DNA of 63,906 nucleotides, counting the filler, from Thermoplasmatota archaeon (lineage in GTDB: Archaea; Thermoplasmatota; E2; JACPAO01; JAHFTW01): the NCBI GenBank assembly GCA_041623215.1. It is 3 parts of 3 records of this genome, joined end to end, with 100 filler letters (N's around TTAATTAATTAA, not from the genome) between each part and the next. Parts side by side here need not be neighbours in the genome. Positions count along the whole stretch, not along the records: positions 1 to 29,513 come from JBFJXH010000008.1; positions 29,614 to 56,262 come from JBFJXH010000009.1; 1 more part is not named here. The stretch is one strand, 5' to 3'. Below are positions 20,051-30,889 of this stretch, one piece after another (the first letter of the stretch is position 1; each line of letters opens with the position of its first letter). The position numbers were made by a program, and so were the translations under genes. The notes beneath the pieces were generated by a model that saw nothing but the letters and a program-made list of their open reading frames with translations, made no database searches and was not told the origin of the DNA.

Positions 20051-20228
20051 TGTCTTGCCTCCTGTTGCGCAGCGCGCTGGTCGATGCCATCGCGTTGCGT
20101 TGGGTGCGGGTGCCCGGAAAGGCATTGCCGCGGAGACGACCGCCGTGGATCGGGGCGCACGAGGCGTTGCCCGATGGCCAGTCGGCTGGCCGGTGAGCCG
20201 CCGACATGGGTCCCCTATTTAGGTATTG
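20051..20228 (-). promoter_or_regulatory. Promoter (AATACCTAAATA) and long GC-rich hairpin-containing leader of the uL3 operon
   Basis: TATA-like box at ~20216-20223, ~165 nt upstream of the uL3 start, with several inverted repeats in between. Confidence 0.5.
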
Positions 20229-20340
20229 GGCACAGGAAACAGAGGTGGCTGGGGCCCCGAAACCGGGGGAATAGCAGCGCAAAAAGGCCCCACGGGCGGT
20301 AAGGCGTGCCACAAAGCGTTTCAAACACGGGCGACGTGGA

Positions 20341-21255
20341 ATGGCCGTGTACCGGCCGCTTGCTGCAACGATTCTGCTCTTGACGAGCGCCCTGCTGATG
20401 GCGACGCCGACGGAAGCCAACATTTGCAAGAGCCCCTCTTCGGCGCCGGACAGAACTACGGGCGGGGATTCGGGGCCGTGCGAATTCTGGGACGACAAGT
20501 ACCACGAACTGGTGCTCACGGATGCAGACGAAACCACTGTGGATGTCCTCATTTTCCCATCCGTCGGGCCCTATCCGACGCGCGACAGCCTTGCCACCTT
20601 CAAGCATGGCGTCTTGGCATGGGAAGCTGGAATCCACGAACTGGACAGCGCCGGCGGCCTCAGTCATTTTGACATCAATGCTTACGCCGTGGGCTATGAT
20701 GACATCCCTCTGGCGGCCTTGCACGACCCTGAAATTGTCATCTTAGCCGCCGAGGCAAACCCATTCCTACTGTTCGGAATTGGCTTGGCCAGCCCACTTT
20801 GGTACTGTGCCGACAGCATCGTGGGCTTTGCCCACGGCATCCTCCCGGATGGCTTCCAGCAGCACGAAGGCTCCGTCTGGGGAAGCTTCCGGGCCGAGTG
20901 CGGCTACGGCGGCGACACCTGCTTCGTTGTCAACACCAATTTCCTCCTGGGAGGCCAGCGGCTGATGTATGACTTGAACACGCACGAGTTTGGCCACTGC
21001 CTAGGAGTCGGCCACGTGGGCGACGCTGGCGACTTCGACGCCAAGACCGTCCCCATGCAGGACATCATGAGCTACCAGCACACCCCCAGCCAAGTTCACT
21101 GTGTGAGCACGTTGAACGTCAAGACGCTGGCCACCATCCACAGCAATGACGACAGCCGAGAGCCGTTGCCCAAGTACGTCCACATGGAGGTGGGTGATTA
21201 CCGCCAGGCAACGTGCAACAATCCCTTCGACGCGCGCACCTTGCCTCTGTTGTAG
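20341..21255 (+). CDS. Secreted zinc metalloprotease (metzincin)
   Basis: Signal peptide, HEFGHCLGVGH zinc motif, Met-turn DIMSY, several Cys. Confidence 0.85.
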   Translation: MAVYRPLAATILLLTSALLMATPTEANICKSPSSAPDRTTGGDSGPCEFWDDKYHELVLTDADETTVDVLIFPSVGPYPTRDSLATFKHGVLAWEAGIHELDSAGGLSHFDINAYAVGYDDIPLAALHDPEIVILAAEANPFLLFGIGLASPLWYCADSIVGFAHGILPDGFQQHEGSVWGSFRAECGYGGDTCFVVNTNFLLGGQRLMYDLNTHEFGHCLGVGHVGDAGDFDAKTVPMQDIMSYQHTPSQVHCVSTLNVKTLATIHSNDDSREPLPKYVHMEVGDYRQATCNNPFDARTLPLL

Positions 21256-21305
21256 GCACGCTTGCGACCCCCACCGTCTTTACCAACCGTTAGCGATAGC
21301 AATGC

Positions 21306-22529
21306 GTGACAGACCATGTGGTCATCCTAGCCGCCGGTCGCGGAACCCGAATGGGCCCGCTGACGGAAACGCGCCCCAAGGTGCTCCTCTCCGTTGCGGG
21401 AGCGCCACTGCTAGAGCACTTGCTTCGGACGTGCGAACGCGCGGGCTTCAAGCGGGCGACCATCATCGTTCACGCGGGTGCCGACCAAGTTGAAACCCAC
21501 GTGCGCGATTTAGACGATTTGGAGTTAGATGTCCAATTTGTGCTGCAGGAAACGCCGCGGGGCACCGGCAACGCTGTAGCCAGTTTGGAAGGCCGAGTCA
21601 ACGACGACTGGTTTGTCCTAGCCAGCGGCGACACCCTGGTAGCGCCAGACGAACTGGCCGCGTTCCGGACAGCCCGAGGCGCGCAGCTGGCCGCCGTGCA
21701 GGTGGAAGACGCCCGACCCTTTGGCTTGCTGGCAGTGGCCGCGGACGGTCGTTTGGCGGCCATTCAAGAGAAGCCCAAAGGCCCTGAAGCCGTGCCTGGA
21801 TTGGTCAACGCAGGCCTCTACCGCCTTCCCAACAACATCATTGCCGCGTGCGGGCGGCTGGCCCCTTCGCCACGAGGTGAAATCGAACTCACCGACGCCA
21901 TCGCAGCCCTAGCAAACAGCGCCGAGCTGCACGTGCATCAATTGACCCATTGGCTCGACGCCGGACGCCCATGGGATCTCCTGGACGTGAATGCCGCCCT
22001 GCTGGCAGAGCAAAAGCGAAGCATCCGCGGTCACGTAGATGACAACGTCCACCTTGTTGGCGAGGTGGTGGTGGAGGAAGGTGCACGGATTCTCAATGGT
22101 ACCCGCATCGAGGGACCTGTCCGCATTGGTGCCGGTTGCAAGGTTGGTCCACATGCCTACCTGCGGCCGGGCACCACAATTGGACGAGATTGCCACATTG
22201 GCGCCAGCGTGGAAATCAAAAACAGCATCATCGGGAATCGCTCCAACGTCCCGCATCTTTCGTATGTAGGCGACTCGGTGATTGGCGATGACTGCAACCT
22301 CGGGGCGGGCAGCCAGGTGGCAAATCTCAAACTAAACGACCGAAACGTCCGCGTCCTTTGGAGTGGGACAGAGTGGGTGGATTCTGGACGAAGAAAACTC
22401 GGCATCGTTGCCGGCGACGACGTAAAGACCGGCATCAACGCCACGCTTCACCCCGGCACAATCCTGGCCAAAGGCGCACGTGTGGCGGCAGGCGGCACGG
22501 CGTCGGGGTGGGTATTCGCCGACGCCTGA
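21306..22529 (+). CDS. glmU: Bifunctional sugar-1-phosphate nucleotidyltransferase/acetyltransferase (archaeal GlmU-like)
   Basis: [28 protein letters not shown], hexapeptide repeats, [14 protein letters not shown]. Confidence 0.9.
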   Translation: MTDHVVILAAGRGTRMGPLTETRPKVLLSVAGAPLLEHLLRTCERAGFKRATIIVHAGADQVETHVRDLDDLELDVQFVLQETPRGTGNAVASLEGRVNDDWFVLASGDTLVAPDELAAFRTARGAQLAAVQVEDARPFGLLAVAADGRLAAIQEKPKGPEAVPGLVNAGLYRLPNNIIAACGRLAPSPRGEIELTDAIAALANSAELHVHQLTHWLDAGRPWDLLDVNAALLAEQKRSIRGHVDDNVHLVGEVVVEEGARILNGTRIEGPVRIGAGCKVGPHAYLRPGTTIGRDCHIGASVEIKNSIIGNRSNVPHLSYVGDSVIGDDCNLGAGSQVANLKLNDRNVRVLWSGTEWVDSGRRKLGIVAGDDVKTGINATLHPGTILAKGARVAAGGTASGWVFADA

Positions 22530-22584
22530 AGCCTAGACAGTTGGTCCGCCTTGCTGCGCACAGGACGTTACGTGGCCGGGCCCG

Positions 22585-22624
22585 GAAGGGAAACAAACAG
22601 GGGGAAAAGAAAGAGGGGAAGGGA
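22585..22624 (-). terminator. Polypyrimidine/oligo-T terminator after atpB
   Basis: Minus-strand tract of about 40 nt (TCCCTTCCCCTCTTTCTTTTCCCCCTGTTTGTTTCCCTT) starting ~10 nt after the atpB stop. Confidence 0.6.
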
Positions 22625-22634
22625 CCAATACAGA

Positions 22635-24041
22635 CTACGCTGCGATGGCTTCTCCAGCCGAAGCACGGTGCTTCGGGTGGAACTTGTCGAGTGTCTCCTG
22701 GTCGATACGCGTCAGGATTTCTTCCGGCACAGTAGCCAGAAGTTCCCAGCCAAGATCCAAGGTCCGCTCGATGCTTCGGTCTTCGTCGCGCCCTTGGCGG
22801 ACGAACCGGTTTTCGAAGTGGTCTGCGAACTCCAGCACGGCTAGGTCACGAGCCGACAGCGCATCCTTACCGACGATGGCCACCAGACCACGCAAGTCAC
22901 GACCTTCAGCGTACAAGGCGTACAGCTGGTCGCTGACCTTCTTGTGGTCTTCACGGGTCTTTTCGCCACCGATGCCGGCGTTCATGAGGCGACTCAGAGA
23001 CGGCAAGACGTTGATGGGCGGGTAGATACCTTTGCGGTGCAATTCACGGGAAATCACAATTTGACCTTCCGTGATGTAGCCGGACAGGTCAGGAATGGGG
23101 TGCGTGATGTCGTCACCAGGCATGGTCAGAATCGGGAACTGCGTCACCGAGCCTTGCTTGCCCTTAATCACACCAGCGCGCTCGTACAGGGACGCCAAGT
23201 CCGTGTACATGTAACCGGGGTAGCCACGGCGACCGGGCACCTCTTCACGGGCCGCACCAATCTGACGCAGCGCTTCACAGTAGTTGGTCACATCCGTGAA
23301 AATGACAAGCACGTGGTAGCCCAACTCGAAGGCAAGGTACTCGGCGGCTGTCAAGGCCAGGCGAGGCGTCAGAAGGCGCTCCACGGCCGGGTCGTCCGCA
23401 AGGTTCTGGAAAATGACTGCACGTTCCAGCGCACCAGTGCGCTCGAACTCGTTCATGAACTTCTTGGCTTCCTCGTTGGTAATGCCCATGGCGCCGAAGA
23501 CCACAGCGAAGTTCTCGTCCTTGCCGCGTGCCTTGGCCTGGCGGGCCACTTGCAACGCAATGTCGTTGTGGGGCAGACCACTGCCACTGAAGATGGGCAG
23601 CTTCTGGCCGCGAACAAGGCTGTTGTTGCCGTCAATGGTGCTAATCCCGGTCTGAATGAAATCGTGCGGGGACTGGCGGCTGTAGGGGTTGATGGCTGCG
23701 CCGAGAATGTCCAACTGGTCGTCAGCCATAATCTCAGGTCCGCCATCGATGGGCGCACCTGCACCGCTGAAGACACGGCCCAGAATCTCCTTGGAGACGC
23801 CAAACTTGATGGTCTCCCCGAGGAACTTGACACTGGTCTTGTCATTGTCAATGCCATCTGTCCCTTCGAACACCTGCACAACCACTTGGTCGCTGCTGGT
23901 ATCCAACACTTGGCCGCGGCGCTTGGAGCCATCCGGCAAGCGCATCTCGACCAGCTCACCGTAGCCGACATTGTGGGTCTTCTCTACGAAAACAAGAGGG
24001 CCCTTGACCTGGGTCACGGTCCTGTATTCCTTCTGAGCCAT
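22635..24041 (-). CDS. atpB: A/V-type ATP synthase subunit B
   Basis: [39 protein letters not shown]. Confidence 0.97.
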   Translation of the reverse strand: MAQKEYRTVTQVKGPLVFVEKTHNVGYGELVEMRLPDGSKRRGQVLDTSSDQVVVQVFEGTDGIDNDKTSVKFLGETIKFGVSKEILGRVFSGAGAPIDGGPEIMADDQLDILGAAINPYSRQSPHDFIQTGISTIDGNNSLVRGQKLPIFSGSGLPHNDIALQVARQAKARGKDENFAVVFGAMGITNEEAKKFMNEFERTGALERAVIFQNLADDPAVERLLTPRLALTAAEYLAFELGYHVLVIFTDVTNYCEALRQIGAAREEVPGRRGYPGYMYTDLASLYERAGVIKGKQGSVTQFPILTMPGDDITHPIPDLSGYITEGQIVISRELHRKGIYPPINVLPSLSRLMNAGIGGEKTREDHKKVSDQLYALYAEGRDLRGLVAIVGKDALSARDLAVLEFADHFENRFVRQGRDEDRSIERTLDLGWELLATVPEEILTRIDQETLDKFHPKHRASAGEAIAA

Positions 24042-25819
24042 TACGCAGTCACCTCCGCGGTGAGGGTCTTGGACGCAGCCATAATCTTCTCGAACTCAGC
24101 TTCCAACTCGGCGTTGGCCTTGTCGTTGGCCGCGTCAAACTCGGCTTCGAAGCGCGCCCGTGCCAGGGTGGTTGCAAAGCCAAGACCGACGAGGTCCTTA
24201 GCTGCGGCGCCGGCGGCGAGAGCCTGCTTGGCAAGCTCGTCGTAGCGCAGGCTGGTCTTCCAAATCTTGTAGTCCTTGTCCAAACTGCTGCTGGCATCGA
24301 CGGGGTCGAAGCCATTCTGCTGCAGGAACACTTCACGAAGCAAGCGAGCGGTTTCCAAGGTCACTTGCTGTTCGTCGGGCAGCGCGTCGCTGCCGACCAA
24401 CTGCACGATTTCCTGCAATTCGGCTTCCTTCTGGAGGATGTCCATGACTTGGTCCTTGATTTCGTTCCAGTCTGCGGCCGCATTTTCCTTGTAGTAGTCG
24501 CCAAGGAACTCGGGGTACAGGCTGTACGAGTTGAGCCAGTTGATGGCGGGGAAGTGACGGCGCTGCGCCAGCTTGGCATCCAGCGCCCAGAACACCTTGA
24601 CGATGCGAAGCGTCGCCTGGGTAACCGGTTCACTGAAGTCACCGCCGGCCGGGCTGACGGCGCCAATGGCCGTAACCGAGCCTTCTTCGCCCATGAGGGT
24701 GGTGCAGCGACCGGCGCGTTCGTAGAACTCCGACAGACGAGCCGAGAGGTAAGCCGGGTAGCCTTCTTCGCCGGGCATCTCTTCCAGACGGCTGCTGATT
24801 TCACGCATAGCTTCCGCCCACCGACTGGTGGAGTCTGCCATGAGGGCCACGTCGTAGCCCATGTCGCGGTAGTACTCGGCGATGGTCATGCCGGTGTAGC
24901 AGCTCGCTTCACGGGCGGCCACCGGCATGTTGGAGGTGTTGGCGATGAGGCATGTGCGGCCCATCAGGGGCTGGCCCGGGTTGGTCGGGTCAGGCAGTTC
25001 GGGGAACTCGTCCAGCACTTCGGTCATCTCGTTGCCACGTTCGCCGCAGCCAATGTACATCACAATTTGAGCGTCGGAGTACTTGGCCAGGCTTTGCTGC
25101 GTGACCGTCTTTCCGGAGCCGAACGGGCCGGGAATGGCGGCCGTGCCGCCCTTGGCCACGGGGAACAGACCGTCCAAGATGCGCATACCGGTGTTGAGAG
25201 GAATGGTCGGCAATTGCTTCTCGGCGTAGGGGCGGGGCTTGCGCACAGGCCACTTGTGGGCCAGGCGAACTTCGGTGCCATTTTCGAGCGTGGCCACCAC
25301 GTCGTCCACGGTGAAGCTGCCCTTCTTGATGGTCTTGATGACGCCGCCTTTTTGGTCCGGTGGCAGCATGACATGGTGCAGCACGGTCGTCGTTTCCTGG
25401 ACGGTGCCAACGACCTGGCCGGGCTCGACTACGTCGCCTTCCTTTACAGTCGGGGTGAAGTCCCACTTCTTGTCGTGGTCGAGGCCAGGGACATCGACGC
25501 CACGCAGGATGAAGTCGCCCATTTGGTCCTGGAGAACTTCCAGCGGGCGCTGAATGCCGTCGTAGATACTCGTCATGAGACCGGGGCCAAGTTCGACCAC
25601 AAGGGGCAATCCAGTGTTCTCCACGGGTTCACCGGGCTTGACGCCACTGGTGTCCTCGTAGACCTGGATGATGGAGTTTTCACCCTCGATCTGGATCACT
25701 TCGCCCATGAGACGTTCGTCGCCCACGCGCACGATGTCATACATGCGGGGCTTGATGCCGCGGGCGGTGACAACGGGCCCTGAGACCCGGTAGACGGTTC
25801 CTTTGTCTTGCTTTACCAT
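24041..25819 (-). CDS. atpA: A/V-type ATP synthase subunit A
   Basis: P-loop [43 protein letters not shown]. No intein. Confidence 0.97.
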   Translation of the reverse strand: MVKQDKGTVYRVSGPVVTARGIKPRMYDIVRVGDERLMGEVIQIEGENSIIQVYEDTSGVKPGEPVENTGLPLVVELGPGLMTSIYDGIQRPLEVLQDQMGDFILRGVDVPGLDHDKKWDFTPTVKEGDVVEPGQVVGTVQETTTVLHHVMLPPDQKGGVIKTIKKGSFTVDDVVATLENGTEVRLAHKWPVRKPRPYAEKQLPTIPLNTGMRILDGLFPVAKGGTAAIPGPFGSGKTVTQQSLAKYSDAQIVMYIGCGERGNEMTEVLDEFPELPDPTNPGQPLMGRTCLIANTSNMPVAAREASCYTGMTIAEYYRDMGYDVALMADSTSRWAEAMREISSRLEEMPGEEGYPAYLSARLSEFYERAGRCTTLMGEEGSVTAIGAVSPAGGDFSEPVTQATLRIVKVFWALDAKLAQRRHFPAINWLNSYSLYPEFLGDYYKENAAADWNEIKDQVMDILQKEAELQEIVQLVGSDALPDEQQVTLETARLLREVFLQQNGFDPVDASSSLDKDYKIWKTSLRYDELAKQALAAGAAAKDLVGLGFATTLARARFEAEFDAANDKANAELEAEFEKIMAASKTLTAEVTA

Positions 25820-26112
25820 AGGTCAACACCGATTGCTTGCTTGATCTTCTGTCGGAGGGTGTCATCCTCCTCTTCACCCACCAAAACGAGAGTGGGCTTG
25901 GTGCTCGACGCCAGATCGGCCCGCAGGCGGGCGTCGAGTCGTTGGAGGTCAGGAGTTTCCATGACCAGGATACTGATGTCGTCATCCGAGCGGGCCTGCA
26001 AGACAGCATCTTGCAGCTCTGCTTCGGAGACAGCGTTCCATGCCTTGCGGATGCCCGCGAGGCGGAATCCGAGCGTGAATTGTTCGTTGCCGATAACGGC
26101 GAGATGGCTCAT
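25813..26112 (-). CDS. atpF: A/V-type ATP synthase subunit F
   Basis: LAVIG...LGFRLAGI ... [10 protein letters not shown]. Confidence 0.93.
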   Translation of the reverse strand: MSHLAVIGNEQFTLGFRLAGIRKAWNAVSEAELQDAVLQARSDDDISILVMETPDLQRLDARLRADLASSTKPTLVLVGEEEDDTLRQKIKQAIGVDLW

Positions 26113-27188
26113 GGTAGCAACTCCTCGAGGCGTTCGCGTGATAGGCCGGCGGCCTTGCCGCGCGCCACGGCGCGAATTACCTGCACTTCGCGTTGCTTGC
26201 GAAGTAGGAACGCAAGGATAGGCAGTAGGCTCAGTGGGTTGCCGCCGGCCAGACTGTCCGTATGAGCCAGGTAATCGCGCCACAGGGCCGCTTGGAATCG
26301 GGACAGGCGCGCGCCGCTTGTCATGGCAGCCGCCGCCTCAACCACTTCTTCCCGGAAGCCCTTGTCACGTAGCAGGTCCGCAAAGGGACCGAAGTCGCCA
26401 CTGGTCGAGAGGGCCAACACGTCTTGCTGGTTGAGCAAGCGTCCGCCAGGAATGACTAGGTGGGCAAAGTCGCCGCCCTGGCCGCTGGCGACCCAGCGAG
26501 CCGCATTGGTCGCATTTCGCACGTCAATTTCTCGGGCCACCATGGTGGCCATTGCCTTGGCACCCGGTTCCTTGCTCTCAGCCAAGACCTTCCGGAGGGC
26601 CGAGAAGTAGGACTGGTCTAGGGCATCTTCGTACGCCGATTGGGGGCTACCGTCGGGTACACTGGCCAGGACCGCTGCGACGCCCGTGCCCGCGCCGCCG
26701 ATGCGGGCAAGCGTGTCACGGATGTCTTCCACGGTCCGCACATCGTCCGCCAGCAGCGGGTCGAGAATGTTGTAGGTGTCCAAGTCTTCGACCAAGAGTT
26801 CCTGCAACATTTCTTCGCGGGTTGCTCCAGCGGTCTTGCCCCGAATCACGGCCTTGACATCATCAAGGAGGAAGCGAGCCAAGAATTGGCCAACAATGGC
26901 ACCGCCGCCGCCTGCAACTAGTCCGCGCACGGACCGGTAAGTGCGTTCCGCATTGACGGTGACGGCGTTTTCCAACAGGTCCAACCCGGCGAACCGGGCG
27001 GCCAATTCGTCCACTTCGGCCTTGTACGACGAGTCCTCAAGGAAGCGGGTGATTTCACTCACGTCCATCTCGAGGAACTTGGCATAATCCGCCTGCGGCA
27101 GCAACTTGGAGCGCTTCGCCTGCACGCGAGCTACCGCGTACGGGTAGTTGGTGGCTCCTCCTTTCTTGAATCGCAGGCGTAGGTCCAT
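26109..27188 (-). CDS. atpC: A/V-type ATP synthase subunit C
   Basis: NYPYAVARV...LL, K.REV..IR..ARGK; operon position. Confidence 0.92.
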   Translation of the reverse strand: MDLRLRFKKGGATNYPYAVARVQAKRSKLLPQADYAKFLEMDVSEITRFLEDSSYKAEVDELAARFAGLDLLENAVTVNAERTYRSVRGLVAGGGGAIVGQFLARFLLDDVKAVIRGKTAGATREEMLQELLVEDLDTYNILDPLLADDVRTVEDIRDTLARIGGAGTGVAAVLASVPDGSPQSAYEDALDQSYFSALRKVLAESKEPGAKAMATMVAREIDVRNATNAARWVASGQGGDFAHLVIPGGRLLNQQDVLALSTSGDFGPFADLLRDKGFREEVVEAAAAMTSGARLSRFQAALWRDYLAHTDSLAGGNPLSLLPILAFLLRKQREVQVIRAVARGKAAGLSRERLEELLP

Positions 27189-27193
27189 GGTAA

Positions 27194-27748
27194 TCAACCG
27201 AAAAGTGCCGATTCGCCGGCCAAGAGTTCACGCCACTTGTCGGCCACGAGGGCTTCGTACGAGAGATCGAGTCGGCTTTCGCCGTCGGTGCTCTCAACGA
27301 TAATGCCACCACTAATGGCTGCGTCGCCGGCGTGCTTGTAGGTGCGTTGTTTGCCAAGGACCTCCGCATCGGCGGACGCGCCAAGGACGGACCCTTCCGG
27401 AATCACGCCCTTGGCGGTCGCCAGGAGTGCCTTGACATGGCTTTCACGGGCCGCCGCGTCCAAGTCGCCGAGAGCCGCAAGTACGCGACCTCGGAGTTCT
27501 TCTTGGAGCTCGGCCTGTTTCGTAAGGACCATTTTTCGGGCCTCAAACTCGGCGCTCTTTTCTTGCTGTGCCCGCTGTTGTGCCGCATCCGATTCACCGG
27601 CAGCGGCACGAGCGTCGTGGTAGGCGGCGGCGCGGTCGCGCGCCTTGCCCAGGATGCCTTCGGCTTCCTTGCGAGCCTCAGCCAAGATTTCCTCGGCATG
27701 CCGCTCGCCACCTTGCTGCACATCATTGATGACCTGTTCGAGTCCCAT
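27194..27748 (-). CDS. atpE: A/V-type ATP synthase subunit E
   Basis: MGLEQVI, coiled coil, GGIIVESTDG.RLDLSY. Confidence 0.92.
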   Translation of the reverse strand: MGLEQVINDVQQGGERHAEEILAEARKEAEGILGKARDRAAAYHDARAAAGESDAAQQRAQQEKSAEFEARKMVLTKQAELQEELRGRVLAALGDLDAAARESHVKALLATAKGVIPEGSVLGASADAEVLGKQRTYKHAGDAAISGGIIVESTDGESRLDLSYEALVADKWRELLAGESALFG

Positions 27749-27777
27749 GGGTCCTCCTTATGTTTTCGTTAGTTGAC

Positions 27778-28032
<255 letters not shown>

Positions 28033-28044
28033 TCAAGGCGAAGG

Positions 28045-29513
28045 TCACGCGTTGCGACCTCCGAAAGGTTGGTACGCGCGTCCGCCGCCGATGAAGAACT
28101 TCTGGAAGAACTCCACGAACTGCAAACGCAGCGATTGCAAGCCACCCGAAAGGGTAGCCAGCAGCGTGATGACGACCATGCCTAGTAGATACACAATCCA
28201 CCAGACGAGGCCGGGGGCTTCGCCGATGGTCTGACCTCCGGCGAGCGTGAAACCGATGTTAGCAAAGGCAATGGCCATGCCTGCCTTACTGGCGCCGATG
28301 GCGGCCAAACGCGTGTAGGACAGCAGGTTACCAACCAGTCCGAACACTTCGAGCAAGGCTACGAAGCCCGCGCCCAGGACCTTGGCAGCGCCCATCCATA
28401 ACAGCACGAGGCTGGCCGCGATGACGCCGCCACCGACGGGCAACGCTAGGCCTTCGGGGCCCAGCAGCAGGAAGCCGAACCCTCCCATGAGCGTTAGCCA
28501 AGCGACCTTTTCCTGAATGGCCAGCGTGGCACCGTGCGTCACGTAGACATTTCGGACCCCGAGGATGAGCCCGAAGACAAGGTGCACAAGGCCAATGATG
28601 AGGCTCCATGCCAGCAGGGCACTGACATCGTGAACCTTGGAGTAGTAACCGAGGTTGAACCAGCCGTTCACGGACAGGTGCGTAGTGCCGTGCGGCGTGA
28701 GGCTCATGAGACTGGTGAAGCCGCCACTGGCGTCTTCGGTTTCGGCGGCGTGTGTCGTGATGCCGCCGCCTGAATCTGTGGGTGCCGCGTGGGATCCTCC
28801 CGGGTCCCCAGCGGCGTGGCTCGTGTCTGCCGCGTGGCCACCGTGATGGCTCACTTCCTTGTGAATGAAGCCCTCCGTGGGGAATTGGTAGCCAGTGAGA
28901 ATCTCCCAGGACAACTCGCCCTCCGCCGCCGCCTCGTCCGAGACGACAAAGTGAACCCCTAACGCCTCACCAAAGACTACGCCGCCCACAATGGCCGCCA
29001 TGACACCACCCATCACTAAGGCACGGCCCACGGCCGGTCCGCCGATGCCGAAGATGTTGTTCTTCTTCAGGTACAGGCCCAGCAGCGCAATAGCCAGACC
29101 GACCGCCACGTCGCCGACCATGAGGCCGAAGAACAGCGGGAAGAACCACAGCATCAGCACCGTGGGGTCAATCTCCTTGTAGCGCGGGCGCGCCAACAGT
29201 TGGAGCAAGAAAATGAACGGACTCGCCATGCCCTTGTGGTCCAGATGGACCGGGGGCTCGTCAGCAGGGTCGTCGTGGTGGTCGTCGTGGCCTTCACCAT
29301 GACCGTCCCCGTGACCTACGACGCTGGGTCCGTCCCCAAGTTGTTCGAGGTAGATGCGGTCGCCGAACTGCCCGTCGAGGGCGGTTCGCAAGGCAGCTAG
29401 GCTACGGCTCGGGACCCAGCCTTCGACGTGGAACGTGTTGGCAGTGACGCCAAAGCGAAGCGGCGCCTGCGTCCGGGCCACCTCGGCCGTCAAGCTTGCT
29501 TCGAGGCTGGCCA
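28045..29513 (-). CDS. atpI: A/V-type ATP synthase subunit I (a), 5' part lost at the contig end
   Basis: EGWVP, P.Y.EIDPT, FFGLMVGD, LSYTRLAA (essential Arg), LRLQFVEFF.KF. Confidence 0.93.
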
Positions 29514-29613
29514 NNNNNNNNNNNNNNNNNNNNNNNNNNNNNNNNNNNNNNNNNNNNTTAATTAATTAANNNNNNNNNNNNNNNNNNNNNNNNNNNNNNN
29601 NNNNNNNNNNNNN
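29514..29613. other. Artificial contig linker (N-run, TTAATTAATTAA, N-run)
   Basis: 100-bp N spacer with a six-frame stop cassette at 29558-29569, identical to the second linker. Confidence 0.97.
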
Positions 29614-29739
29614 GTGACGTTGACCGAGCGCCAAGTGATTGTGCTGTGGGAATTTGTGCCATCGCTCAATGGGCCAGCGGCCGACTTCCAAGATTTGGTT
29701 GTCGTTTTCGGCTTCGAACCGGCTCGGTGTCTGCCGTAG
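29614..29739 (+). CDS. C-terminal fragment of a hypothetical protein
   Basis: VTLTERQVIVLWEFVPSLNGPAADFQDLVVVFGFEPARCLP*, open from the contig edge. Confidence 0.4.
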   Translation: MTLTERQVIVLWEFVPSLNGPAADFQDLVVVFGFEPARCLP

Positions 29740-29984
29740 CGCAACGGCAAAGGGCACAAGCGGCCGTGGCCAGGCATGCGCAAGCGGGAGTCTCGCAACA
29801 ACCGCACGACCAAAGCCACCCAGCGCATCGAGCCAGCCGAGGAGCCCAAGACAAAGGCGCGGCCCAAAGGCCGGTCCATTGGCGGGCCATGGATTCGTCG
29901 TCGACGCTAACCATGCGAAACGCGTCCGTGGCGGCCGTGGCTGGCACCCGGCGCAAAGCTTCCGCTCGGCGGAAACAAGGGAGG

Positions 29985-30057
29985 CGCCCCGACGGGGATT
30001 TGAACCCCGGTCAACGCCGTGACAGGGCGTTATGATAGGCCACTACACTATCGGGGC
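29985..30057 (-). tRNA. tRNA-Asp(GTC)
   Basis: GCCCCGA...TCGGGGC-G acceptor stem; anticodon arm ACGCC-CTGTCAC-GGCGT; GGTTCAAATCC T-arm. Confidence 0.95.
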
Positions 30058-30201
30058 AGAGCGCGTGCGAATGCAGGTGCGCCACAGGGGCGCAGGCCGG
30101 CCGACTTAGCCGTCCTTTTTAGGCGTTGCTTGGCGACACGGCACACAATTGCTGCGGCCGTCATCGCTTCCCCCACAGCCACCGGGGTGGCGCGGAAGGA
30201 G

Positions 30202-30274
30202 TGGGCCCGGCCAGGATCGAACTGGCGATCTTCGCCGTGTGAAGGCGACGTCATAGCCTCTAGACCACGGGCCC
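30202..30274 (-). tRNA. tRNA-Val(CAC)
   Basis: GGGCCCG...CGGGCCC-A acceptor stem; anticodon arm TCGCC-TTCACAC-GGCGA; GTTCGATCC T-loop. Confidence 0.95.
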
Positions 30275-30320
30275 ACCGGGGTCAGGAAGGCGGCCGACTT
30301 GGGCAGCGTATTTGACCCTT

Positions 30321-30887
30321 TCAGCGCTGTTTACGGCCTTCAAAGAGGCTCGGCAGGTGGATGACGTAACTGCCATCCTTGTGCACCACGATGGGGTTGC
30401 GCTCCAGCAAGCCCCGCACATCGATTTCGTATTCGCCGGCGCCCTTCACGGTCACGGTGTCTGGCCTCGCCTCTTCGTCGGCCGCGGCGGCCGCCAATTC
30501 GTCCTGCACCGCGGCCAGACGGGCTCGTGCGTCGCTTGCGGCAGGCATGCCACCTTCAGGGGCGACTGCCGTGCTGGAACCCTTAGCTTCCTTTTGCGCT
30601 TGCCGCACAAGTCTTCGAACGTCGCGGGGCTTCAGGGTGGCCCATCCGTCGCTATCGGTCTTGTCGGCCAAGGCTGCGGCGGTTTCAGGCGCCTGCGCCA
30701 TCAGCAGTTCGGCGACGACATTGCGGAGGTCCTTGCTGGCCTTGGCGGCCATTTCCTTGCGCTTGTCCGCGTCAACGGGGTCCTTGGAGTAAAAGAAGCG
30801 CGTGCCTTGGCACTCCGGACAGCCAGCCAAAAGGGCGCTCGAGCCCTCCTCAAAAGCGAACCCACAGGAGAGGCACTGGTGCGGCAC
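30321..30887 (-). CDS. oapC: Zn-ribbon protein DUF2072 (OapC-like)
   Basis: MPHQCLSCG...GCPECQG..FFY N-terminus; GEYEIDV..LL...GSYVIHL C-terminus. Confidence 0.85.
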   Translation of the reverse strand: MPHQCLSCGFAFEEGSSALLAGCPECQGTRFFYSKDPVDADKRKEMAAKASKDLRNVVAELLMAQAPETAAALADKTDSDGWATLKPRDVRRLVRQAQKEAKGSSTAVAPEGGMPAASDARARLAAVQDELAAAAADEEARPDTVTVKGAGEYEIDVRGLLERNPIVVHKDGSYVIHLPSLFEGRKQR

Positions 30888-30889
30888 GA

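Noticed and set aside
24041..25819. Possible intein in AtpA (known in Thermoplasma)
   Set aside because: Normal 592-aa length with an uninterrupted GSGKTV P-loop region.
29514..29613. TTAATTAATTAA palindrome within N-runs (also 56263-56362)
   Set aside because: Artificial six-frame-stop linker. Gene adjacency across it (atpI to the tRNAs, transketolase to trp) and the truncations it causes are not biological, so these are not pseudogenes.
29666..29956. Cys-rich minus-strand ORF (metallothionein-like appearance)
   Set aside because: Cys spacing is irregular and probably arises from antisense GCA/ACA triplets; plus-strand frames are more plausible.
29985..30274. tRNAs (also tRNA-Leu) as integration sites for an island
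   Set aside because: No integrase, att duplication or obvious compositional shift is visible nearby.
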